Source of the DNA: Balanoglossus misakiensis
Taxonomy: Eukaryota > Animalia > Hemichordata
DNA: 64,000 bases
Direction: 5' to 3'
Assembly (NCBI GenBank): GCA_040954595.2
Contig: CM082577.2
Location: 2,790,001 to 2,854,000 of the forward strand
Both the position numbers and the translations under genes were made by a program. Numbering within the stretch: the stretch's first letter is position 1; each line of letters begins with the position of its first letter. Positions 8,990 through 20,597 of the stretch are shown in pieces. Below the pieces are notes generated by a model. It did no database searches. It was not told the DNA's origin and saw nothing but the letters and a program-made list of their open reading frames with translations.

Positions 8990-9980
8990 CTGACCACAGT
9001 CCCTCTGAATCTGATAGAGGGACTGTGTCTGAGGAAAGCGTTCAGGTACGAAAGCAAACAAGCGTCGAGCGCACACTGAAGAACTGTTGTCAAATACATG
9101 AAATATGTCACTGTTCTTCAAAAGTATAGGAAAACAGTTACTCTTGCTAAGGTCACTCGACATACACACAATTTTTGGACGACTCAGTCCCACTGAATGG
9201 CAAACCGTGGAAACACAGACTGTCGTGGAAGTCACTGGTCCGGTGGTCTAGAGAAACGCATGCCTGGACTCCTCCGGTCGCGGGATCCGGGAGGAGGCGG
9301 GGCCAGGAAATGTGTGGACGACTGCACGTGTATTTTGACATGGTTCGATCAGGTGCTAAGCGCTGTGTGATCTTTTACTTTATTTGTCAAACTTCGTCTT
9401 CATGTGCAACATTCAGAATACCGTTGGTGAAATAGCACCCCCAAAAAATGAGAAAATCAAGATACAGCACTGCCGGGTGACCGCTAGCCAGGGTGAACAG
9501 ACAGGGTCTTCGTGAACAGCTCGTAGTCAAGATGGCGAGCAACATGTTCTAGTACTAAAAGTTAAACTGCAAATTTCACAATTTTACATCGTAAAACCCA
9601 ATGAAATCTTGCAGGACTGTTAAATTGGATGTCTTAGCTACATTTTTGACTAGAAAAACTTAACTAAACGCAAATGAGCCGAGCGTTTACGGTCGCCCAA
9701 CATCAATAAGCATTTTCACACATCGCACACGACGTTTTCGCTGCCGATTATGTTTTGTACCTACCCGTAAATTTAATTGACGCGTCTTCAAATTGAAGGT
9801 GGACTCATCTAATATGCATGTCTGGTATTCAAATGACAACAAACCGCTAAGAAATACACACAATTTTGGGCGAAGTGTGCAAACAAGCACAATATTATGC
9901 TACGGCAGCCATGTCTGTGTCCCTGAAAAGAATGAGCATAGGTGTTTTCTTGGAGGTTCGCGATGACTGTATAAATAGCA
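8990..9980. promoter_or_regulatory. CpG-rich divergent promoter region between SARS2 and H1
   Basis: Raised CpG content, GC-box-like gaggcggggc (~9293-9303), YY1-like CAAGATGGCG 9528-9537, TATAAATA 9970-9977 upstream of H1; candidate SARS2 5'-UTR donor at 8989-8988. Confidence 0.55.
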
Positions 9981-10046
9981 GTCAGTTTGCCGCGGAATTT
10001 CAATTTTTAAGTACAGTTATTGTTAAACGCTGTATATCTTATCAAG

Positions 10047-10574
10047 ATGTCTGGTTCACCAAAGAAGAAGGCTGCCAAGCCTCGAGCAAAGGCAACTCAC
10101 CCGAAGACCATCGACATGGTAGTCGCGGCAATCAAGTCTCTGAAGGACGCCAAAGGCAGCTCTCTGCAGGGCATCCGCAACTACATCAAGGCGAACTACC
10201 CATCCGTCCAGGCCAGTCACCTGAACTCGTCTCTGCGACGGGCCGTCAAGACCGGGCTTGCCTCTGGCGTCCTGGTGAGGCCCAAAGGCGACACCTCGGT
10301 CGGAGCCACAGGCCGATTCCGAGTTGGCAAGCCAACGGTGGCCAAAAAGCCACAAAAGAAGAAGGTCGTTAAGAAGGCTCCTAAGAAGAAGGCTGTCAAG
10401 AAGGTCAAGAAACCTAAGAAGCCAAAGGCAAAGTCACCGAAGAAGAAAGCCGTGAAGAAAACGGTGAAAAAGTCTCCAAAGAAGAAGGCTGCTGCCAAAC
10501 CGAAGAAGCCAAAGGCAAAGAAACCAGCTGCCAAGAAAGCAAAGAAGCCTGCAAAGAAAAAGGCCAAGAAGTAA
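10047..10574 (+). CDS. Linker histone H1 (H15 winged helix, PL-I/B4-like), intronless
   Basis: MSGSPKKK...HPKTIDMVVAAIKSLKDAKGSSLQGIRNYIKANY...GVLVRPKGDTSVGATGRFRVGK followed by a K/A/P-rich tail with SPKK motifs. Confidence 0.95.
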   Translation: MSGSPKKKAAKPRAKATHPKTIDMVVAAIKSLKDAKGSSLQGIRNYIKANYPSVQASHLNSSLRRAVKTGLASGVLVRPKGDTSVGATGRFRVGKPTVAKKPQKKKVVKKAPKKKAVKKVKKPKKPKAKSPKKKAVKKTVKKSPKKKAAAKPKKPKAKKPAAKKAKKPAKKKAKK

Positions 10575-10597
10575 ATAATTTACTTCACTTACCAAAC

Positions 10598-10613
10598 GGC
10601 CCTTTTCAGGGCC
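10598..10613 (+). terminator. Histone 3' stem-loop with downstream purine-rich HDE
   Basis: GGCCCT-TTTC-AGGGCC preceded by CCAAAC; AAAGAGAA at ~10628-10635. Confidence 0.92.
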
Positions 10614-13600
10614 AACACATCCTCAAAAAAGAGAACTACCGTTAACACATTTTGTCTTTTCATACAAAATTTTACTTTGCGTATAATATAATTTCTTGCA
10701 TAAGTTACCCAATCCCTAATCATATTCCAATCTTATGCACGAGCGTTTGGCGCCAGAACCACAGGCATAAAGCGTGACAGCAGGAGAGAAAACACGTAAA
10801 CAGTTTGTGACCATGGTAACCAATTGCAACGTACACACACACATGCACATACTCAATCGAAAAGCTGCCGGCCGTTTGCATCGTCCTGTCGCTGGCTGCG
10901 CTGTTTACCGCAGTCGGTAAAATGACTGGCGAATACGCGGAAACGACGAGTTCAGATGAATTCGTGGTATATCTGATGTTGAGTCACGCGACGGGGCAGA
11001 CTAATTCTTCGTGAAAATTCCGCCACCGCCGCTAATAGACGAATCATGGTTTGACCACGTGTGTAACTGTGGTCAAACCACTAGTTTTGGCCAAAGTTGT
11101 CGCTTGGATTAGAGAAGCATAGCATTGAAGTGTTGTGTGTGAAGATGAAAACAAGGGCTTTAGTTTACAAACTCTACTTCTTAGAATAAGCGTTTTGGGA
11201 AAACATTACCATGTGAACGAATGATTCATGATCACGACCAATATAGCCTACAGCCTCGGACAGGCGGAATAATGCGGTTGGGATGGATCACGGACCCTTC
11301 AACTTCCCCAAAAGAAGGAAACTTGGCAATCCAAACTCGCGCATCCTGTTTATGTTACTTTGTGTACTTCTCAACTAACAGAAGTAAATATAGTCTAAAC
11401 AGAACAACATCAAAATGATATGTTCTGTGTCGTTGTGACATGAAACTGTGAACGTATGCCTACCTATGGAGGAAATATATACGTTTCCGCGAGGTTTAAC
11501 CGCAGGAGTTGTCACATACGTAAGATGAGCACGTTTGAATTGCTTTTGTTGGCCTTTTAACACTGAAATAAAGAAATTAATGTGTGCGAAATCTTTTATT
11601 TTCATAATATAACCGGAGATGTTAGGTCTATACAATTTGGAAAATTCCATCATTCAGTCGTACTGGAAAGTGTTCAACGAGGTTGTCGCCGTGCGCAAGG
11701 TCATGTGAAGTAAAGATATGCTATCTTCTGTGAAGAATACTTTACGAGTGTCTTACGAGGAACAGTTTATTAGAGTCAATTTCCGTGTAAGAACGGTTAT
11801 ATTTTAATACGGGAAGAATTAATTGCCCCCCAAAATCCCAATCACGTGCCCCATGGCCCAATAAAGAAATCTCCGACATAAATCGAGTCGGACTCAGCAC
11901 GAAAATGGGGCACTGATGGAGAGCGCCACCAGCGATGGGATCCTCCAGTTCAGGCGGATATCTTCATGATACAATAACAGTACAACGTATCGGCGCAGTC
12001 TTCCAGTTCAGTCTACAGGTTGTGTCCAAGTGCCATTTTTTATTTTCTAGGTTTTAGTGTATGTTAGCACGCTCGGAATATGTAATTTCTGAACTTGCGT
12101 ATTAGTATATGTTTTGTGCGATAAAAGTCATGTCTGCGAGAAGAGAAAATCAAAAATGCCGTAAATCCATTTCACCGCTATTTTATTTTACAACCCACTT
12201 CACTTGGGTTTGCCATCTACTAAATAAACCCTAATAAAATAAGCTGAATAGGGAATTGCCCTTTTCTTATATATCCACATTTTGTTTGCACTCCGTGACC
12301 ACAGAGTCACGATAGCTAGTAATCCGGAACCAGGTCTTTGAAAAATCCCTAAAATCCCCCTATCGTGATCATGTACCATGAATGTTAATGCGTTTCAATT
12401 CGAGTTCGAGTCATGCAGTTTCTAAGGCAACAATTGTGCCGGGCATGTGTATTTGTAGCCATATAGGCCCTAGTTACCTACTTTTGTTTCGAGTTGCAAA
12501 GTTGTGACCAATCTCATCGACTTCTCAGTACCGGCCCTGGCCACTGTACACAACGAAACAAGAAATGCACATAAATTATTTAGGAGCAGTTTTACAATGC
12601 CGCGAGGCTAATAATTGTTTGTCGTGGCGAACAACAATGCTGTCTAGGTTATTGATATCGATTATTACTTTTCTTTCTACGAATTTTTGTGCAATGCGGC
12701 CGATATTAACCAGCACTAGGCAGGCGCAGTACAAACAGGCCCCTGGCTGATAATCATAATCTCATTGAGAGCTGATACACATCCAGGTGATACACATCTT
12801 TACTGAGAACGAAACCAAAAAAATTACCACAATAGTCAATGCATTTTATTGTTAAAGATAAGGGACGCGAGTGAAGTTTTTGCGTTGCCTTTCAACGCAG
12901 TAAACACCATAAAGTTCATGGAGACCTCTTTTGAGTATAATGACACCTGTCCGGTCATTCAGCGTGAGGTGTCCAATTAAAATATTTCAGGTTGATGGTT
13001 TTTTTCCCCTTTGTTTTTTAACGGTGACGACATGAAACGCGTGTCATTCGCGCCCGTCGGTTCTGATCATTGCATATCAGGGCTATTGCTGTGACACATC
13101 ACGTCACAGCTGGTTCAGCGGCGAGTATTTTAGAAATAGGACAGGTGATTTTTCATAAACAACACACTGCCAATCACAAATAGTTGGTCCACACAGCTAC
13201 ATTGCCAACTCGAGTATTTCAGTTTCACTTCAGATACTCTGTGCATTTGGCCAAGTTACACATTTCGACGTGGCGAGAAACTATAGATTTTCACTACATC
13301 TCGCGAGTTTCTTTCTAAACCCAATTCTGAGAAACACGTTATTTCAGTATATTTCGGAGAAAAACCGCAGCTCATCGTAAAAAAACAAACAAAAAAACAG
13401 GTCGTTCGAACTACTTGACAACACAGCTCTTTGAGGGTCACTGAAAATCCAATATGCACACAGTCTTGCTTCATTTTAAATGTATCCCCGGTGGAATTGG
13501 CCGGTCACCTTGCTTTCTAGGTCTAGGCTTAGTGTATTCGGAATGTGGGCCGAATATCGAGTTCAGTGGCCACAAAAAAATGACTAGAAAGACTCCGGTC

Positions 13601-13741
13601 GTGTTCCCTTTTCTCTGTGACAATTGTGGTCCAAGTGACCACAACGTTTGGACTGATTATACTTGGGACATGTCAAAAGTCATATCGGAAGACTCATATA
13701 ATTGCTGGCTGTCACTTTTCATTTCTGATTACGAGATAGAA

Positions 13742-13872
13742 TGAGTCACACACGCTGACGTCATACGCAGGCGGGTGTAAAGAATATATATTTTTTTCTT
13801 ATTAAGGTGAAAGTTATTCATTGTCTATCACTTTCTCTTTTGACAAAGTGGCACAGCGTTCAAATGACGTCA
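13742..13872. promoter_or_regulatory. AP-1/CRE motif cluster (candidate enhancer)
   Basis: TGAGTCA 13742-13748, TGACGTCA 13756-13763 and 13865-13872. Confidence 0.4.
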
Positions 13873-16800
13873 TTTACGTGTTTCTCTTTCTCTTCACATG
13901 AAATGTACACGTCGAATAACATTCACGGTGGTGCTACAGTTGTAGAAAAGACAGCAAGCGACAGATGAAAGACTAGCCTTTCTTTCTCGCCTTTACCAGC
14001 CCCCACCCTTACAAAAGCCATAACACTCCCTTCCAACCTCCCACTCGATCGCTCCGCTCCATAGTCAATTCATCGACCCACCTTCGAGTTATTGCCGTCT
14101 GTTTTTGAACTTAGTAGCTGCACCCCCGCATGTACACACCTTGTCAAATGCTGGGACAGTCCCACTTTCGTTTCGGCCATAGACGCCAATCTGTATGCAT
14201 CGGTCAATTGTTGCCGGGGGGGGGGGGGGTGGAATGGAATGACAGGGAGTGGTTGGTTAAAAGTACATGATAATTTCAACCTTCGGTCTACTCCAGAATA
14301 TAGTACTTTGCACGTACACTTGCCGTCTTATCTTGTCAGGAAATTTTGAGTGCCGTGATACGAGAAAAAAACACCGAGTGACCAGATGGCTCGCATTTGC
14401 CAGTGAATTTTATCTTTTTGGATATATGCGAAGCAAAGATAAAACGACGGGACTGGTCGGTAAAAGCGAAAGTGGTCTTACAGTTTCACTTTGTAATTCT
14501 ACAGCTGAGCCTCGAGTCGACTATATGTCGTGAGCAAACTCCGCCTACCGAGCCCAATCACAGAGGCCCCAGATGCATGGGTTTGTAGGTTCTGTGTGTT
14601 GGCGGAGGGGCAAATCGCGCAAAATTGCATGCGTCTGTTCGATGTGGTAGTCCTATATTCTTGATTAGTAAAAAATAAAACCAACAGAACTTTACATTTC
14701 AATTTGAGCGATAGTTCTCCCTAGCAACCATTGCCTAGCAATAATTTTGAATCCGTCGGTATCCGCTCGAACCGTGAGGTTTGGATTTACTGTTTTATAC
14801 GACGTATTATTGACGCGAGTTAAATTCCGCGTAAGAATGACCGCATTACGGGAAGTAGCATTGGAAAAATGTCTCACAGTCATGGTGACCAAAAGGTCTA
14901 AATCCACAACCCACGCTTTTACCCGGAATGTCATTACTAACGCGCAAGCCCGGGACAGTCTAGCAATGATGTGGCGCTCAATGTGAAAATCCAATTCGGC
15001 TCGCCCAGTTATATTTCAGAACGCACTAAAGAACTTGAACTAGAAGAGATATAAAAAGCAACATGACACTGACGTCTTGCGACCGAGGTACATGTACATG
15101 AAAAGGGAAGTTGTATAACGTCGCTGTTCTTCTTTTCGGCGGGTAGGCCTACAATATAGAGTTTACCGGTTGCGGCCAGACAAACTTCTCAAAATAGGGG
15201 ATTCACCCACTGTACCCCTGTTGTCGTTTCGATGCCTTTACCACGGTAAAAAGTGTGGTTATTTTAGGTCGACAGACACACATGCACACATGCATACATA
15301 CATACGCTTACAAGCAGATGTAGACAGAATGACACATTTTTTCACCTGTGTTTGCGTGTTTTTTCGCTTGTACCTGGAACAATAACATGAAATCATTGTT
15401 ATTATAATGATGCAAAGGTTTCGTTCTCAGTAAAAGACGCGTATTTCAGCTGACTGCAAATAGAACTTTGCACAACCCTAGAGTGAGCTTATCATCCAGG
15501 GAACTGCAGCGACTCAACTCCACGCGTCTGCGCATTGACTTTGAAGGGGGCATTTACATATTATCAATCGGACATACAAATTCGTAGAAAAAATCATGCA
15601 ATCATCAGTAACATAGAGGGTATTATTTGCCGCACATTATCGAAATGGTCAATTCTTCAGTCACGTGATGGATGTTTTTCTAACAAGAGCCATGGTCAGT
15701 TTTTTTCCGTTGAGGGCAGCTATAGTGAACATCTGGTATCAGTGGTTTACCTCGCAACCCATGGTAACCCCATTTAGCTAATATTACAATACAATAATGA
15801 ACGCTTAACGTATTCCTTCTTGGCGTTGGACTAATAAGTTGCGAAAAAAATGAATCATATATCTAACCACCGTGACTAGACGGATAGCACGTACATTTTG
15901 TATATGTCAAATGAGACCTGTTGGAAATCCACAGATCTGATGTACGGGAGACAATTGACCATCGTCCAGTACTTACATGTTAAGTTCCTGGATATCAGAC
16001 TAGAGTGTTGTTTTTGCATTCGGAGTATATTTCGTTAGAAGCACTGCAGGTTGACCTTTACGTCAAGAATAGATAGGCTTAATGATCTTGAGTGTGTTCG
16101 CAGAATACCTTACTTCTAAACAATTCGAAGAAATTCAGCATGCATAATTATAAAGCACGTCGCTGCGGAAAATAGGACAAAGCGACTCTTTCCCCAGGGT
16201 CATTCATAATTCGCTCGCAGTCAATTCATTTCAGAGAATCCTCAGCCTGTCCCAGTCGCGTTGTTGTCCAGGAGTCAAAGGCCACTCGAGTTAAGAAATT
16301 CGTGCTCAGCATAAATTCCACACTGCGCAGTCTCGGTCGTCCATGCACGCATGTCTATACCCGATAGACGGCGTAAATTTACTGAAGCTCGCCAGGGGAC
16401 ACCGTGGTCCGGTCCAGAAAACTATAGTTTCATTGGATTTTTTTTTAAATTGTCGAGCGTTCTTATTGCAGAAGGGAGACAACAGAAAGAACGCGGAAAA
16501 AGGAAATACCGCTGCGTCCCCCTCTCTCCGTTCTATTGTCTATCGCATAATACGTCGAGTGTTTGTACATGTACTACGGTAAAATAAAAGCTGCGTTTAC
16601 GAATTACGATTCGGGTTGCAAAAAACTTGAACATCTGAACCTGATCAATTGTATGACGCCGATTCAACAGCAAAAATCTTAACGTCTTGTCAAAACGTAC
16701 AACCCAACAAGATTTTTCACAATACTGAAATATTGGCAAGATTTATGTTGTTTTTGAGATCAAACACACAATCTATGCAAAATTGAAGATTTTCAGTGAA

Positions 16801-19149
16801 AGTACTAAATATACCGCGGTCAATTTTGTTTAATGTTCGTCAATTTTGTGTAATGTTCAAGGAATTGTACTTGAAATGGCACTTTGAAAGTATTATATAG
16901 ATTCCCTGTGTGTCACGGTGTATAAAAAACAACGCCTAACGTGCTAAGTTCCCGGGAGATGTCGGTTTCTTTTAGACATCGTGACTTCTGGTTTCTATTT
17001 AGAGATGCCGCAAACTATGACATCCATCTCATTTCCGCTTAATATTATAGTTGAGCTTCTTTTGTGAATTTCCAGAAATACGGGTAAAAATATAAGCACC
17101 GTTGTTCAACATCACGATTTTCCATCACGTCGGGGGGGGGGGGATCTTTCACTTGATAGAATTGATGGTGTCCGTTTTTATGGATACATGTAAACACAGA
17201 GGGCAGCCTCTTTTGGCCAAAAAGTACTTATATTAAAACCCCAATAGCTGTCATTTGTTGTATGATTTTCATGATTTTATGTTCAAACCTATACATTATT
17301 CCATTTTACCGTAACCGTGTACTATGATATTTATTGTGAATGTTTCTCCTTTTTTGAATGACGATGCGCGGAAATAATCACCTATAGAGTCTCTCTATCA
17401 TGGCACGATTCTCCGTGCCGGCCTATGAAAGGACGGAAGGGCCTAGGGGTATGATTTTTGACGTGGCAAAGAATCCTATGTTAAAAATCAAACGAATGAC
17501 AGCATCGTGCACACAACTAATCATAAAGGGTCTCTGTGACTTCCCGTTTTTAGCATGGAAAAAAGTACCACCCACCCTCAATGAAGTCTTTATTGCGGTT
17601 ACGTTGGCAATAGATTGTCAAAAATGAAAGCGTCTACTGTGTATTACTTTCTCTTTTGATAAAGTTCACCCAATTACGCCATTGGCATTTCTCATGCGTT
17701 CCACGTGAAATGTTATCCGCCAGAGTGAAAGACGACCGCAACAGGTTCGCAATGTATAGCGGTCACAGATAAGAACCGATAGTTGGCAAAACCAATAGCT
17801 GATTTTTCTCCAATTCTTGGCGACTTTAATGGGATTTAATAGAAAGCTACCGCGCCGCTCAGCATCAGACTCTGACCTCACGTGCAGTAAGCTCCGGCAC
17901 CATGACTGTGGCCCGCGTGAGTCCAGACTCATATGACATATGGCTTATGCACATGCGCACGCAAGACCACAGATAAATTTATGATTTCAAGTGAAATTAT
18001 CCGTCATCTTCAGCAATTATCGCTTCGCTGGTTCCACGAAAACTGAATGAAACCTAAACAAGTCTCCACAATCTATAAAAAATGAATGTTTTTGTGATAA
18101 TTTTTAGCGATTCAGCGAAAAATGTACGCAACACCTTTTGAACACCTGTATAGCCCGCAGTGCAGTGGTGACCTTTTATCATTCGCGTGTTCTGCATTCC
18201 AGCGAATCGCTCATCGCCCCGCTTTCATTTTCTCTCTCTTCTGTCAATCGCCAGGCTGGTCCCTACCGGTCCAAAGTCGCGCCCAGGGCGAATTCGTATA
18301 AAACCTCAAGCATAGGTATTACCATGGAGCTTGCAAGTTTTGCTCCGTGCTCAAATAAACTCAAACGTTTACTTTTCGGATGATAAACGGCATGGCATCG
18401 CATACATATAGAGGGCATAGTTTGGTCAAAATGTTCGTCGGTCCACGTTATGTCTTATAATATTCTTCATCTGAAGCAAACGTTGCGGGATCGTGAGCCA
18501 GACCATTATGTGAAGCAAAGATAAAAATTTAACTGAGAGCTTCGGAAACATAAAGTCAATTGCTGCGCTGATGCCACCGAGTGACCCGGAGGTCTTCCAC
18601 TTGATATTTTTCCCGATATACCGAAAGAAATATCAGAATGGAGGCAAATCCCTTCTATTATTTTCTAATTTACCATAATCTAATTCATGATGATGCATGA
18701 TGTAGATGTGTCCAGATGTACCACGATACCATCAAGAAGTACCTTGGGAAATGTTGGGGCTCCCTCTTCATTCACTGCCCCCCCCCCTCTCCCCCACCCC
18801 GGACAGGCCTCATTTCAGAAAATCCCGATTTATCGCTTCTGAAAACACGACACTAGTAAGAGAAAGTGCATATCTGTGAGCTAAGGAGCAACTCTGCGCA
18901 TGATCGAGTTCGCTGTCTTCGGAGAATTTGTGGCCAAGCATTGAATAACGCAGCGCCCTCACAAACCGTGCCCTAGCAAGGGATAAACAATTGTAAACAA
19001 TACATATCTGGTCCACCCCATGAATAGAGACGCGTCATGGGCAGCCTGAAAGATTAACAAACTTCCTAATTACCAGTATAAACAAGACGGGCCGACATGA
19101 CCTGTTGTACAAGATGCCATTGATTTCACTTCTGTTCTAGCTATGTCGT

Positions 19150-19420
19150 TGAGTCATATCCTACCAGTAAACCAACCCTCTTGACGTTAATACAGAACAG
19201 TAGCTCAGCCGCTGTAAACAAGCACAGATGACGTATGCCGGGTTTCGCAGAACCGGGAATTCCCTTCCAGCTAACGTGTCCTTTTATGCAATTGCATTAA
19301 CCAATGGTAGACGCGCGCGCGCGACGTGATTGAGATGACAGTGCATCAAGTTAGGGGGTCCGTTGTGGTTCCAGGAAAAGCGCTATTGCCTGTATGCTAA
19401 AACTCAATTTATAACAAGCT
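19150..19420 (+). promoter_or_regulatory. Cytokine/immune-inducible promoter of SOCS gene
   Basis: AP-1 TGAGTCA 19150, FOX GTAAACA 19214, GAS TTCGCAGAA 19244, kB GGGAATTCCC 19255-19264, CCAAT 19301, GAS TTCCAGGAA 19369, TATA-like TTTATAA ~19408. Confidence 0.65.
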
Positions 19421-19919
19421 ACGCAACACTGTATTCATATTCTACCTGCACTTTCGGTTCAGTCAGGCTGCTTAAAACGACTGCATCGAGCAAAAAAGTG
19501 TCTATGTCGACTGGGAATTTACCGGAGTTAGTGTTTTCAACGGAACTCTGATCGCCTGAAACCGACAGGAGGAGCTTGGGTTGCGTTTTCGCCCCGCTCT
19601 GTTATCAGCATAGCTGTTTAGTTCCGATTCGCGGTTCGGCGAAATCCGCAATCACCCGCTTGTACGAGGAATCGGCTACTGTTATTGAAAAGCGGGTCGT
19701 GCTAAAGAACGGCGATCGTTCCTGGAACGTAGACGGGAGACGCATATACGAAGATGTGCCCACCGGTCCGTCCGGCAAACTTGTCGCAGATTTCATCGAG
19801 TACGGTTGCCACCACTCGCCGCGTTAATGACTGCCGTAATCTCAACCAGCGGGCCACCACCGCAGAGCTTTGATAATCGTCGACCTATCTCTGACATGTC
19901 GTCGGTAGCCGCCACACTT

Positions 19920-20597
19920 ATGATGTGCCTGACTTCTAACCAGAAAATGGCACAGGATAATAATAACGGTGCGGAGCGGACACTTGAGCGGTTACCGGGC
20001 GGGGGACGGATCTACCAGTATTATGCCCACCACGACACACAGCAAGATCTGGATAAACTCGTGAAAACTTTGGGCATGTTGGAAATGTCATGTTGGTACC
20101 ACGGCCCGATGTCGTCCCGGGAAGCCAAGGAGAAGCTGAGGTCGGCGCCGACGGGAACTTTTCTCGTCAGAGACAGCCAAGACCCCAGACACCTCTTCAG
20201 CCTGTCCGTGAAAACCCACCGCGGAACCACCAGCGTACGGATCGAGTACACCAGGAGCGGACAGTTTCGACTCGACTCCGACGAGAGCATCAGGGAGCGG
20301 GCGCCCGTGTTTGACTGTGTTGTGAAACTGATAGCGCACTACATGGACGGTGAGAACGCGTCTTGCAGCCCGGCCCCGGGCAAGCAGCTATATTGGCTGG
20401 AGCCATCGGGACGCAAAGACGTCCCGGTCAAACTGAGCTCGCCGTTGAAGGCTGATGTGCCAACGTTACAACATCTTTGTAGACTTTCGATAAACAGGTC
20501 GCTGAAGATGGACATTCCACCGAAGAAAAGCATAGCCAATTTGCCACTGCCCGGGCGCCTCAAAAACTATCTCATCGATTATCCATGCAGACAATAA
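19920..20597 (+). CDS. SOCS2: Suppressor of cytokine signaling, SOCS2/CIS-like (intronless); in-frame ATGs at 19827, 19896, 19920, 19947 make the start uncertain
   Basis: SH2 domain WYHGPMSSREAKEKLRSAPTGTFLVRDS...FSLSVKT.RGTTSVRIEY...FRLDS and SOCS box VPTLQHLCRLSIN...LPLPGRLKNYLIDYP; short N-terminus of the SOCS1-3/CIS type. Confidence 0.92.
   Translation: MMCLTSNQKMAQDNNNGAERTLERLPGGGRIYQYYAHHDTQQDLDKLVKTLGMLEMSCWYHGPMSSREAKEKLRSAPTGTFLVRDSQDPRHLFSLSVKTHRGTTSVRIEYTRSGQFRLDSDESIRERAPVFDCVVKLIAHYMDGENASCSPAPGKQLYWLEPSGRKDVPVKLSSPLKADVPTLQHLCRLSINRSLKMDIPPKKSIANLPLPGRLKNYLIDYPCRQ

Noticed and set aside
10217-10567. 116-aa Phe-rich minus-strand ORF resembling a membrane protein
   Set aside because: Antisense shadow of the Lys-rich H1 tail (AAG/AAA read as CTT/TTT).
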